Assembly: GCF_963921235.1 (NCBI RefSeq)
Contig: NC_086097.1
Span: 82,896,001 to 82,960,000, forward strand
Source of the DNA: Mobula hypostoma
Taxonomy: Eukaryota
Direction: 5' to 3'
DNA length: 64,000 nucleotides
Shown piece after piece: positions 50,626 through 62,921 of the stretch (positions are counted from its first letter, which is position 1; each line of letters opens with the position of its first letter). The notes beneath the pieces were generated by a model. That model was not told the origin of the DNA. It searched no databases and worked only from the letters and a program-made list of their open reading frames with translations. The position numbers and the translations under genes were made by a program.

Positions 50626-51269
50626 ACCAGTTAACAAGTTTTCATAGGCACACTTAGGATTTAGAGAAAGTTATGGACTTTAAGAAGTTGCTGAGTGTGA
50701 AAGTAAGTTCAACCAATTGAAATAGCGCTGGTAGGGACCGTGAAAATGGAAATTTTACCTCACCATTTTCCATCGTCTGAGGACCCAAGTACTTTTTCAG
50801 GTAGAAATGTTGATTCATTAACCTCGAGTTCATTATTCAGTGAACTCTGAGCCACTAGTTGCCTGTCACTTTAATACTTCATCCCATGTATTCGGCAGTC
50901 CAAGGGCAACCCACGGCCAGTTGACTATTCAGGGTGAAGCAAAATATCCCAGAGCCAGTAGTTATTCTGTCGCTCTCCAGGAAAAAATTCTTTCATTTAC
51001 ATGATGTGAAAAAAAAACAGTAATATGCAGTTTAATATCTTGGCACATTTTGTGGGAAAGCTCATGCTGGTTCACTCATGTTCTGTGCCGTACTTGAAAA
51101 GCATGATAAGTGCAAGGAATTTCACAAATGAGCACAAGTCAAAGCCGCTAAAGTTTTATTGCACGCATGGCTAGTGCTCACTTTCTGAGTGAAAGCAGTG
51201 ATACAGAGAGGTTGTAGGTGAATATAATGACTATTGTTAATACTAGATTTTATATGGGGTATAACTAGA

Positions 51270-52226
51270 GTGGAGGCATCTAAGACCAGAGCGCATAGGG
51301 TTTAGATAAGTACAAGAGGTTCAGAGTGGATCTGGGGAAGAAATTTTTCAGCCTGATTCTAGTGAAGTCTGGAGCACACTGCCACAGAAGGTGGTAAAGG
51401 TCGATAGTCTCACAACATTGAAGAACTATCTCGAAGAGTATTTGAAACACAATGGCATAGCAAGCTATGAACATAGCAAAGGGAGAAGATGGCGGTGCGA
51501 CGACAGTGCGCGCGGCCTCTCCGGTGATGAATATCTGTTATCTGTCAAGTAGGGGACAGTGCACAATCCTGATTTGATGGAGACAGACGCGAGTGCATAG
51601 TGGAACATCTGGAAAACTTCTGAAATGTCTGCTTTGCTACCACTGCTACTGTGTGGTAACCGGAATCTCTGGAGCTGAAGGCCTCGAAATCCTTGGCTTT
51701 GCATGTTTCAGCGGCCGGGGAGAGGTCGAAGGCACTCGGCAGAGAATGGTGCTCGGGGGGCTGTATCGGAAATGCTGGTCGGAAGCTTGGAATTTTCGGA
51801 CAGATGGACTCAGGGTCGGCTGTGGTCAGCTGCTTCCAAGGTATCGGCAAGTTGTCGGTGCCTGGAGGTTTATGGCAGGGAGTTTCTCCCTTTTGCCGCC
51901 GCTATCGGGGATTCGGGAGTCGATCGACTCGGGGACTTTGAGACTGTTTTTTTTTACTGTGCCTATGAACTGTTCTTCAGCAAATTATGGTATTGCTTTG
52001 CACTGCTGTAACTATATGTTATAATTATGTGGTTTTGTCAGTGTTAGTCTTTGGTCTGTCTTGTTTTCTGTGATATCACGCCAGAAAAACATTGTACCTT
52101 TTCTTAATGCATGTATACATTTAGAAATGACAATAAAAGAGGACTGAGTGCTCTCATAATCTAAATGCAAATTCTGGTAAATAAGATTAGTATAGATAGG
52201 TTCTTGACAGTCAACATAGACATTGG
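51270..52226 (+). mobile_element. Old CR1 3' fragment split by the 51481-52166 insertion
   Basis: A TRAHRV..RG.RF..DLGKKFFS-like remnant on the left; its 3' UTR continues after 52171. Confidence 0.55.
51481..52166 (+). mobile_element. Non-autonomous retroelement of about 690 bp (same family as 48202-48838)
   Basis: Starts gggagAAGATGGCGg (YY1-type motif) and ends aatgacaataaa plus tail. Candidate TSD GCAAA at 51476-51480 and 52167-52171. Confidence 0.8.
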
Positions 52227-52239
52227 AGGATGAAGGCCC

Positions 52240-53155
52240 CCAACCCCCGCCAGCTTTCTTTAGGGATCACTCCTTGTGTGACTCCCTTGCCCACTCAGCA
52301 CTCCCCACAGATCACCCTCCTGGCACTTATCCATGCCCCTACACCACCTCTCTCATCACCATTCAGGGCTCTCAACAGTCCTTCCAAGAGAGGCAAAGGT
52401 TCACCCTGCGAGTCTCTCGGGGTCGTCTATTGTATCCAATGCTCCCAGTGTAGCCTCCTCTACTACTGACGTCTGTGAGGCCCAATGCAGATTGGAGCAC
52501 TGCTTTGTCAAGTGTCTTTGCTCTGTCTGCCACGAAAGGCAGGATCTCACAGTGGCTATTTGTTTCAACTTGACTTCCCATTCCCATTCTGACATGCGTA
52601 TCCATGGCTACCTCTACTGTCGTAATGAGGCTACACTCAGGTTGGAGGAGTAACACCCCATATTCTGTTTGGACAACTTCCAAACTGATCGCATATGTAT
52701 CCATTTTCGAACATCTGTTAATTATTCACCTTCCCGGTTTCTCTCTTTTTTTCATTTCCCATTCTGGTTACTCTCACAATCCTTCTCAACTGCCCATCAC
52801 CTCCCTCTCTGCTTCCCCATGTCCCGCCCTTTTTTCCATGGTCCACTGTCTGCTCCTGTTAGAGTCCCTTTCGTCAGCCCTTTACCCCTTTCACCTATCA
52901 CCTCCCAGCTTATTAGTTCATCCCTCTTCCCCCTCAACTGATTTCACCGATCACCTGCTAACTGTACTCTTTCCCCTTCCCATGCCTTCTTATTCTAGCT
53001 GCTGCTCTTTTTCTTTCCCGATCTGATGAAGAGTCTCGGCCCAAAACGTTGATTGTTTATTCCCTCCATAGATGCTACCAGACATGCTGAACTTTTTAGC
53101 AATTTGTATGTGTAGCTCAAGACTTTCAGCAGCTGCAGAATCTCTTGTGTTTGTG
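52240..53155 (+). mobile_element. 5'-truncated Penelope-like element (GIY-YIG relic and pLTR)
   Basis: AFFRDHSLCDSL, GVVYCIQCSQC and HGYLYCRNEATLRLEE, with a degenerate hammerhead at 53023-53054. Confidence 0.88.
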
Positions 53156-53402
53156 GTGGTTTCATGGAGGCTGCTGGTCACTGTCTAGAATTTCAAGCCT
53201 ATGGAAATCATATACATGCTGATTCCACTCCGCCAGTGGACCCAATCCTGAGTCCAGTGGCTGAGCTGCATTGTATTGAGCTGAGGGATAAGATATACTA
53301 CTGGGATGAACAGTTGGATACTTGTCATATTTGGACCCATAGTTTTAAATGAAGGAAAGTTATTTCTTTTACTTATAAATTATTTCCAAACATTGCTACT
53401 GT

Positions 53403-53795
53403 CTATTATACCACCGGCATTTAGGGCAGCAATGAAGGTCCTCCATCTCTGGTGGTGATCAGGGCTTCCTTCATCATGTCAGTAGCTTCCTCTCAGTTTT
53501 CTCTATTAACACTCATTCAAGTCCCAGGTGGAGACTCAGGAACACCATTGCACTCAGATGTAGAGGAATTCTTCATTGCTGTTTCCATAACAACTTTGGT
53601 TTACCAGTCAGGGTTATTGGCCCTGAGCTGAACTCCCTGAACTTGGAGGACTAGTGGACCACTCTTAGTCTGGCCTCTACCCTTTGACCTGTTTGGCATG
53701 GGTGACCCTACCAAAAGCCAAAGCATAATGCTTTGATTGCAGCCAATATAGCTCTCCAGGTCATTGAGGCACACAAGCCTCCAAAGCACAGGATT
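53403..53795 (-). mobile_element. Probable RTE-derived non-autonomous repeat
   Basis: The minus strand ends gatggaggaccttcattgctgccctaaatgccggtggtataat, resembling an RTE ORF C-terminus (W..F..AL). No long ORF. Confidence 0.45.
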
Positions 53796-54209
53796 TTCAA
53801 ACATTATCACTTAAGTATGTTTTAAATAAAACTATTTTAAAATTATATACCTTATTAATTCAAACTTTGCAAACTGTTTTTAAGACCCTGTGATCATCAG
53901 ATACATTGACAAGTCATCATCAAGCCCTGACAACAATAGCACCAGAGGCAATGGGGATGCAGGTCCTCTGCCCGTTGCCCAGCCACTGCTCACAGACTGC
54001 TCCACAGCTTCACTGCAGCAACAAGTCTTAGGGTTTGATTTAAAGCACAAGGTGCTGAAAGATTAGTGTGAGGATGGACCACAAGGTACACGCTGGTTCA
54101 AGCAACATCTGGTCCATTGGCATGGATGAAACCCCACAACTGATTCTCTCACGTCTACAGATAACAAAGCTGAGTGGTGCACTCATGGAAATTTCTTTTA
54201 CTTTTGCAG

Positions 54210-54395
54210 GAGGAGATGCACAACTGGATCCACAATCTCAACATAGCAATTGCGGAACATAAAAATCCACAGAGTCCACATCAGGGAGATGTCAGGGGAC
54301 ATACCCTCCCTCTCCCCTCTGTGACTGGTCAAGAAGCGAGTCCCGGCAAAAAGGACAAAGAAAAAAGATTCAACATTTTTGCAAAAAAGAAATGA
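54210..54395 (+). CDS. SPTB: Beta-spectrin terminal coding exon (PH C-terminal helix and basic tail)
   Basis: ttttacttttgcAG at 54208-54209. Encodes EEMHNWIHNLNIAI...HTLPLPS...KKDKEKRFNIFAKKK followed by TGA, the typical beta-spectrin C-terminus. Confidence 0.95.
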   Translation, partial: EEMHNWIHNLNIAIAEHKNPQSPHQGDVRGHTLPLPSVTGQEASPGKKDKEKRFNIFAKKK

Positions 54396-57300
54396 TTATC
54401 ATTAAAACCAGGAAACAAAACGTTGTAGTGCCTAATTTACAAAGAGGTGGCAGTGCTTAATCTACACCACTGATAATGCTAGTTTCTGCAAGTGTAAATA
54501 TATAGTTAATCTTTATAGAGTGTGTAAAGAGTGTAACACATTTTTATTAATTTACTGAAACCATGTGCATCTTCCCACATGAAAATTATTTTTGGGATGA
54601 TTTTGATTCTTCAGACTTTGGCAAAAACTATAACGTGCACCATGCCAAATTCATATAGCCCTTGCTAATGGCTGAGAAATGCAGATTTCGATTAGCTAGA
54701 GCTTTAAGATCACAGTGAGTTATGCGATCAGCCACCTTAAGCAATCATGTGTTAGTATTTGTTCTCCTGCTGGCATGGTCACTCAAACATACTTTGAAAC
54801 AATTATAAGTACATTATATTTAAACTAAATTGCCATCACCAAAGAATATTTTTTTAAAAATCTATATAATAATTATATGTAAAGGCCAATTTTTCAAATT
54901 TAAAATAAATTACAATATTATTCAACAAATAACCATGTAAGATTGATAAATATTATAGATTCATCTTGGAAATGGTTAAAATTGCCAAGTTTGTACTGGA
55001 AGATCAACAGTTGAAGGCATGTATGTACATTTTGGCATGCATTTCTATAGTATTGCCATGTACATTATGTTCTTAGCAAATTAAGCATTTTGTCACTAAT
55101 TGTTTTTTTGCTCTAACTGCCTTCATGGTGCAGAAGTTCTTTGAGCTACCGTTTATTGCACAAACTATTTATAGATTTTATCTGTTCCTTATTAACGGCA
55201 TAATCAAATATCTTCCAGAAGATCTTCAACATGCACAATGTCAAGACACAGTGACTGAGGAAAGTATTGCCAATTTATTTTATAAATAGTTTTTTGTTTG
55301 CTACCAGCTATTGCTAGCAAAGTAGTCTCTTTAAAACAGCATTTATATTTCATAAAAATACATAATTGACTTTTGTTTTCAAACTATTGAACATTTCCAA
55401 CCAGGTGCTCTTGGACTACGTAATGTCGAAGTCCGCTCAGTATGCTAGTTCAATTACACATACCAGAAGCAGTTGAGAAAAAAAAATGTACAAAAAAGGT
55501 GTTCTGTTTTAACTTTTCTTTAATTGTACACTCCATTCTATTTGATATTTTACTGGTTTGAATTTTTTTTTTAAAAGTCTTTTCCAAAACCAAATGTGGC
55601 ATGCAATGATTTTAAATTTTTAGGTTGAATTGTACTTTTGTTGTGAATATTGCATTGTCTAGTCTATCATTATATCAAATTCAACAAATCTATGGACTAA
55701 TCTTATAAATTTGCAAATCTCAGCAAAGATTTGTTTAGGTCATCATATCAATACTTCTTGCGATCTTTCCCACTCATTTATAGACTCACTGTAAGGAGGA
55801 CCTATTCACTGATTCTGAGCAATCTATAAAATTGCTGGTCCTTCAAAGTCAGATCAAACATGAACTAATGTTATAGTGCTGGGACTGTCATCAAAAGTTC
55901 ACCCTGGTGTTGTGGTCATTAAGATAACTTTGTCCAGAATAAAACAAAATGATAATGGTAGAGGCTCGTGCACTTTGACATAATGAGGTATGACTAGATC
56001 TATGGCAGATTCCTTTGATTTTCAAGGAAGCAGCAATTGCAGTTTGGTTGCTGTAGTCTGTTTAATTGTTGTCGCACTTGCAAAGAGAAGCCTATCGAAA
56101 GTTGTCTTCTGCTATTGACCCAACTGAAATATTTAAAATTTAAGCAGTGAGTGTGTTCTCTGTCTCTAGCAAATGTTCGGATGCATCTCACCAGAGCTTT
56201 CTGGGCTTCTATATAATGTTACCTATTGCCACAGGGTGGTAGCCAATACCAGAGGTGTTCAGGAGCTAGCAGAACTTTTTCCACACTTTTCTGGCATAAG
56301 CTTAAGTGTTAAGTGGAAGTGTAGATTGTAAGCAGGGTAAAAGATCATTCTCTTCTTTACCAAGTAGAATAATGAGTCAGGCAGGGAGTTTAAACTAAAT
56401 ATTACGATGCAAATGTAATTAAAATGGTCAGGTGAGGAGACGTTTTTTTGAATGGTTTATGATCAAATGATGCAAGGGGCTGTAATGTCCCAGTGCCCAG
56501 TTCTTGGATAAAGCAATATTTATATTCAGCTTTCTGTATAAAATGCAACTGAGAAACAAAAGTAAATGTTCTCCCATGTTAGTGGGTAGCACTGGTTACC
56601 AGGCACTTCTTAAAATATTCAGATATTCTGGTGCATGGAATTTTCTGCTTGCCTTAGTGAAATCTATCAATACTAGAAAATTTAACTCTTATTTTCTGTA
56701 ATATTTAATAAGGCAGCAATTAGCTTTATCCTTGGTCAGTTTCATCACTGTCTGAAATTAGTTCTTCCTCTACACTGCCCAAAGAATGTGCCTTAACCCA
56801 AACTTCAAAGAGCACTTTATTATATACCCAGATGATTTTTTCCTTCACTTTCCACACCTTTATGGCAAATTGAGTTTGCCACTTTAGTGCCAAATTATAG
56901 GAAGTTTTCTATTTTCTATTTTTAACCCAGGTGGAACTGGGTGAGGCTATCTTCAAAAATATTATTTATAGTAAGTACTAAAACTTTAACTAACAGTAGT
57001 TAAATTTGAACCCATACCAGAAACTCATGGATATAATCAACCTATCATATGAACAGGCTTCCTTTACTCTTTTCCGATTTCTACACCAGACATTCATGAG
57101 TTCTTACATAAATTTGACTCAAATAATGAATATCTTTGAAACCCACAGCTGCTCCAAATCAGGATATGCATTCCCAGAGAATTGCAACCGGGCATTTTAT
57201 CCCTTCTGTCTACTCAATATTCAATCCAGCTTCTGGAGAGAAGGCAGTATGCTAACCAACATGGCAGCCTATTATCTGCAATAGTAATATTTAAATGAAG

Positions 57301-59500
57301 CCAAAGTACTCAACAAGCATTAGCTCCAAGATGAGTCATATTGATAGCAATTTTATTTGCCAATATCAAAGCCAAAGTTTGGGCCAGACACATCCTAAAT
57401 AATTAATACTTAATGATGAAAGACCCTTCTTACATGTAAAAAAAAACAAGCCAACCGAATTAGTATGTTGCGAATATGGAAGATAGCAGGACAATTCTAG
57501 TGGTTTATATTCCTTCTTTGCTTCCTTTAACTTCATTTTCATGACGCCCAGGAGAATTTCACAATTATATGTCATATATCCTTGTGCTGGAGACATCCTG
57601 AGGCATGTGAATGGCTTCCTCCTGTAATGTAATTCTACAAGATATAATAACCTAATTGCAACGAACTTTTAATATTTATCGTGGCCCACCAGAAAAAGGT
57701 TTAATTGAATGGACCATGAAGCAAAGTGCATTAGTGAATAAAAACTGTTGTAAGCTGAATGCTTCAATACAGTGGAAAGGTTCCTCTCTAGAAAAAGAAG
57801 ACAGGGTTCATTTTATAGCAAGATGTATTTGAATTCTCTGAAGAGGAGGGTTTGAAAGTTAGTGGGGGTGGCATACTGGTTAGCACAACGTGTTACTGTA
57901 CAGGCAACCCGAGTTCAATTCCCACCACTGCCTGTAAGAAATTTGAACATTCTCCCCGTGACCTTGAGGGTTTCTTCCAGGTGCTCTGGTTTCCTCCTAC
58001 AGTCCAAAGACGTACTGATTGGTAGGTTAATTGGTCATTGTAGATTGTCCCGTGATTAGGCTAGGATTAAATTGGGGGATTACTGTACTGTGTGGCACAG
58101 CTTGACGGGTCAGAATACCCTACTCTGTGCTGAATCTCAAGTAAAAGTAAAAGTAGGTATCATACATGTTTGCCTTTGAAGATTATTGATGTCATAAAAA
58201 TTCAAAGTAATTCATATACTTTAATAATAGCTGAATAAGGCATACTGTTCATAAATGTCTGTAGTCAAACAACTTAATTGACTTTAAGTCCTCTTATTCA
58301 GACAGAAAATATTGTTCCATTCACTTCATTTATACTATATTGTACATGTGTACATTTTGCAACCTCACACTTACTTCTCCAAAAATCCAACTTATGATCA
58401 AAAATATTACTCAGTTTTATTGAATAAAAGATGTAGACAGGAAAGGATTTGATTGTTTTAGAGGTAGGCCATGTATTGATTCTATGTTTTACTGATGTGT
58501 AAATTGGTGTAACATCCATTGATAGAATAAAACATCTTCTGTAATGCCACAATCACAGTTCATTTGTCAATATTTATTTTCCACCTTTTGCTTCATTCTC
58601 CATTTTTGTATGAAAGTGAACATACTTGAGTGATTTTCTTGCACTTCTGTTTGCTGAGATGCAAGTTTGAGAATGTGATTACTTTCAGATGGGATCGTCT
58701 GAACGTCAGCCATTTTTGTTTTTCCATGTGTTGAGAAAGAAAAACCGATTCAATCATAAGCAGTATTTTTAAACCTCAGATTGACCCCGTGATGGCTGGT
58801 CAATGAATAACCTGTGCTGCTATTTGATTGTGAATCATACAAGTTAAATACAGCAATTTACTTACAAATTCCTGAAGTGCTGTAACTCTCGTATTCATGA
58901 TAAAAACTTGCTTAAGGAAGGAATGGCATGAAGTAACATTTTCCATTTTCAAACGTGGATGCTTAAGATTGGGAATTCTGAATAAAAATTGCTTTCATCA
59001 AAACTCCTTATACTACAGGTAGATAAATATAGTTTTTGCAGAATTCTCATGCATCGTATATGTCTGATCTGTTGTTACAGTTCTAAATTTACAAACATTT
59101 ATATTATATGGTCCAACTCTGTATAATACATCACAGAATATTATCATAGGAATATATTCTATATAAATCACATGTGAATGACAGTTTTAGCCTTCAGATT
59201 TTAATCAGATTAAATTTAAGTAAAATGTGTTTACTGATTTCACAAATGATCTGTGCAACTTATATATTGTTTGTATCATTTGGTTATAGAAGTACATTAA
59301 TTGATTTTAAATCTGAATAAAATTGTGGACAACAATGCAACACGTATGTTTAGAGGCATTATTCAGTGGCAAACTAGGTAGAAAGTCACAACCAGCTATG
59401 CACTCCATAAGATGATAGAATGTTATTATTAAATTTTATTATTTTGCCAGTAAAGGATATTAATTTAAATTTAAAATATAACAATCAGCAATAAAAAATA
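54396..59500 (+). other. Probable 3' UTR and downstream region of the long isoform; end uncertain
   Basis: AT-rich and almost repeat-free after the stop codon. AATAAA occurs at 54904, 55938, 57737, 58423, 58526, 58981, 59316 and 59490. Confidence 0.4.
57865..58155 (+). mobile_element. tRNA-derived V-SINE (HE1-like)
   Basis: A-box TGGCATACTGG, B-box GAGTTCAATTCC, core ggtgctctggtttcctcctacagtccaaagacg, and a (gtaaaa)n tail. Confidence 0.8.
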
Positions 59501-59790
59501 CATTAAAACATCAAAGACTGAGAATAGAAAATCCTGTCCTTTGAGGCAGGAAATCTGATTGTAATGTGATATTTTGCTTCCATCTACACTAGTCAGAATT
59601 TAAAAACTCAAGGTGATCAAATTTCATGATGCGATTTGTATCCCAAGCTTGGATATCAAAACCTTGCATCCTGACCAAACATATCATCAAAATTATATAT
59701 GTAACTTCCAAACATTCCATTTAAACAACACACACAAAATGCTAGAGGAACTCAACAGGCAGGCAGCATCTCCGGGGGAAAAAAAATGTA

Positions 59791-59828
59791 CAGTCGACGT
59801 TTCAGGCCTAGACCCTTCGGCAGGACTG
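59791..59828 (-). ncRNA. Minimal hammerhead motif with perfect stem I and mutated core
   Basis: Minus strand reads CAGTC CTGCCGA a gggt-ctag-gcct GAAAC GTC GACTG. The core is CUGCCGA rather than CUGANGA. Confidence 0.6.
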
Positions 59829-61634
59829 GACTGGAGGAAAAAAAAAGAGAAGGAGTAGATATAAAGGGTGGGGGAGGGGAGAGAGAAACAGAAGGTGATG
59901 GGCAAAACTGGGGGGGGGGATGAAGTAAATAGCTGGGAAGTTGATTGGTGAAAGAGATACAGGACTGGTGAAGGGGGATTCTGATAGGTGAGGATAGAAG
60001 GCCATGGAAGAAAGAAAAGGGGTCAGGAGCACCAGAGGCAGGCAAGCAGATAAGATGAGAGAAGGAACAGGGGATGGGGAACTGGTGAAGGAGAGGGCAG
60101 TGGAGGGGGCATTACCAGAAGTTCGAGAAATTGATGTTGATGTTCATGTTCATGCCATCAGGTTGAAGGCTACCCAGACGGAATGTAAGGTGTTGTTCCT
60201 CCAACCTGAGTGTGGCCCCATCGAGACAGTAGAGGAGGCCATGAATTGATATATTGGAATGAGAATGGGAAGTGGAATTAAAATGGGTGGCCACTGAGAG
60301 ATTCTGATTCTTCCAGCAGATGGAGCTTAGATGCTCGGCAAAATAGTCTCCCAATCTATGTTGGGTCTCACTGATCCACAGGAGGCCACATCAGGAGCAC
60401 TGGACTCAGTAATGACTCCAACAGACTCACAGGTGAAGTGTCACCTCATCTGAAAGGACTGTTTGGGTCCCCTGAATGGTAATGAGGGAGGTGGTGTAGG
60501 GGCTGGTGTAGCACTTGTTCCACTTGCAAAGATAAGTGCCAGGAGGGAGATCAGTGGGGAGGGACAAATGGACAAGGGAGTCGCATAGGGAGCGATCCCT
60601 GTGGAAAGCAGAAGGTGGGGGGGGGTGGGGGAAGAGGAGAAGGGAAAGATGTGCTTGGTGGTGGGATCCCATTGTAGATGGCAGAAATTCTGAAGAATTA
60701 TGTGCTAGATGCGGAGGCTGGTGGGGTTGTAGGTGAGGACAAGAGGAACCCTATCCCTGGTAGGGTGGCAGGAGGATGGGATAAGAGCAGACGTATGTGA
60801 AATGGAAGAGATACAGTTGAGGTCAGTGTTGATGGTGGAGGAAGGGAAGCCTCTTTCTTTTAAAAAGGAGCACATCTCCTTCATTCTAGAATGAAAAGCC
60901 TCATCTTGAGAGTAGTTGTTGTGGAAATGGAGGAATTGAGAGAAGGAGATGATGTTTTTACAAGTAACAAGGTGGGAAGAGGTATAGTCCAGGTAGCTGT
61001 GAGAGTCCATGGGTTTATAAAAGACATCAGTAGATAAGCTGTCTCCAGAGACAGAGACAGTGATATCAAGAAAGGTGAGAGGGGTGTTGGAAATACAGGG
61101 TAGACCAGGTAAATTTGTGGGCAGGGTTGAAGTTGGAGGCAAAGTTGATGAAGTCGACGAGTTCCACATGAGTGCAAGAAGCAGCACCAATGCAGTCGTC
61201 GATGTAGCGTAGGAAAAAGTGGGGGACAGATGCCAGTGTAGGCTTGGAACATAGACCGTTCCATGTAGCTGACAAAAAGAGAAGCATAGCTGGGACCCAT
61301 GTGAGTGCCCATGACTACACCTTGTGTTTGAAGGAAGTGGGAGAAGCTAAAAGAGAAATTACTAATAGTGAGAACAAATTCCATGAGACAGAGGAGAGTG
61401 GTGATGGAGGGGAACTGGTTGGGTCTGGCATTCAGAAAGAAATGGAGGGCTTTGAGGCTTTCCTAGTGGGGGGGGGGGGTGTGGAGGTGTATATGGACAG
61501 GACATCCATAGTAAAAATAACATGCTTGAGGCCAGAGAACTTGAAATCATTGAAAAGATCCAGAGCGTGTGAGGTATCACAGATGTAGGTAGGAAGGGAC
61601 TGAACTAGGGGGGATAAGACAGAGTCAGGGTATG

Positions 61635-62921
61635 TAGTCTGTGAGCCAGTAGGGTTGGTCGGTACCATCTGAGGGGAATAATGCTCAGTGATTTTTGGCA
61701 AGGTATTCATCTCTAGAGTTAGAAAATTATGTGATAGCATTGCACCAGTGGTAGCTTTATGTGGCTTGGCACTTGTGGGTCCTTCTCCAAACATCTTCTC
61801 CATATACCAGACTGGTAGTTGGCTCACTGTGCATGTTTTCTTAAGCAGTCCTTGCACAGTGGGAGTTGATAACTTCCGATTTCACCTTTTTTGGCACAGA
61901 AAAGACGATTCCTGAGCTCATTGACCTTGGTGGTCGATGCTTTTGGGGCGTACAGGAGACATGTAAATGCCTCCAGTTTGTTCATCAGTTCTGGGGAGAG
62001 GTTCCATTTCTGACCCAACTCTAAGAATGTGTCCTGAGTTTCCCAGTTGCTGGTCAGAAGTTTTAGGGCACTTGTCTTCCCTTTGCCTGCAAAAGTGCTT
62101 AGTGCCATATCCTGTATATGCGTGCAACTCAGTGAGGGCCCTACAAACCTCTATGCTAACAGTGGCAGCAACCTTCCTGATGGTTGTACGAGCCTTGTAC
62201 GGGTTCTAGTGCCACACTCCTGAAACAATGGGGCCTCAATCTTGTCACAAAATGCTAAAGACATGATAAAGACATCTGTGTCTTCTGAGCAGATCACGAC
62301 ATTTGTTTACCATCAAGGACTCCATTGATGGACCCCTCTGCGACAATTCCAGCCTCTATGCATATGTCCTTTAGACCAGCATCCAAAAATCGCTTTTCTA
62401 GGATGGGTAAGGCCTATAGTGTGGAATGTCCCCATCCAGAGAAAAATGTTGGAGAAGTGTTCTTTGTGCTTCCAGGCAATTTCAGTGGCTTTTGCATCGA
62501 GTGCTTGATCCATGACTACCACAATTGTTTCTAGATGAAGTTCCTTCCTGATTAGCTCTGTTTGGTTCAGGATTTCAAATACTGTGGTCAACTCTGTGAC
62601 TGGTGAATTGATGGAGACACCAAGCAGTATTGTTCTCTTCAAGTTGGGAGTAGGACAGCCCATGCCCAAGCCTGTTCAGTGTTTGGATGAGCTCAGTGTC
62701 ACCCGTCAGTGTTTTTACTGCATTAAGAAGTAGAGGGTGCTTTGGTGGTTTATGTTGACCACATATCACAGCATATATTATTGCAGCTACCACTACAGCA
62801 ATGCTATCACATTTTCTAGCACTAGGGGTGTATACCTTGCCAAAAAAAAAAAAATCACTATAGAATTATTCCCCCCAGATGGTACTGGTGGTCCAAATTT
62901 GGGGTCCTGGCTCATGGACTA
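61635..62921 (-). mobile_element. Internally deleted Academ (AcademX-type) DNA transposon, 1287 bp
   Basis: TIRs at 61635-61756 and 62785-62921 with TAG...CTA ends, and ATG duplicated at 61632-61634 and 62922-62924. Peptides PKH..LNRLGHGLSYSQLEE, VVMDQAL.AKA.EIAW..MGTFH, SEDTDVF, HAYTG, FAGKGK and LEAFTCLLY..VNELR (transposase and XPG-like nuclease pieces). Confidence 0.82.

Noticed and set aside
48244..52024. Multiple overlapping 80-140 aa ORFs in the two GC-rich elements
   Set aside because: The frames differ between the two homologous copies and show no recognisable domain; they are expected from GC content.
762..54395. Calling the gene SPTBN1 or SPTBN2
   Set aside because: Some residues (LSSR.IG, WDERF, LELLEV) are SPTBN1-like, but EVCQF, EKST, EGYLGRKHxLEGP, YHGE.PL, LSNG.E.LFHG and TLPLPS fit SPTB better. 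A phylogeny is needed to settle it.
57865..57935. tRNA gene
   Set aside because: A and B boxes are present, but there is no complete cloverleaf and the sequence continues into a SINE body and tail.
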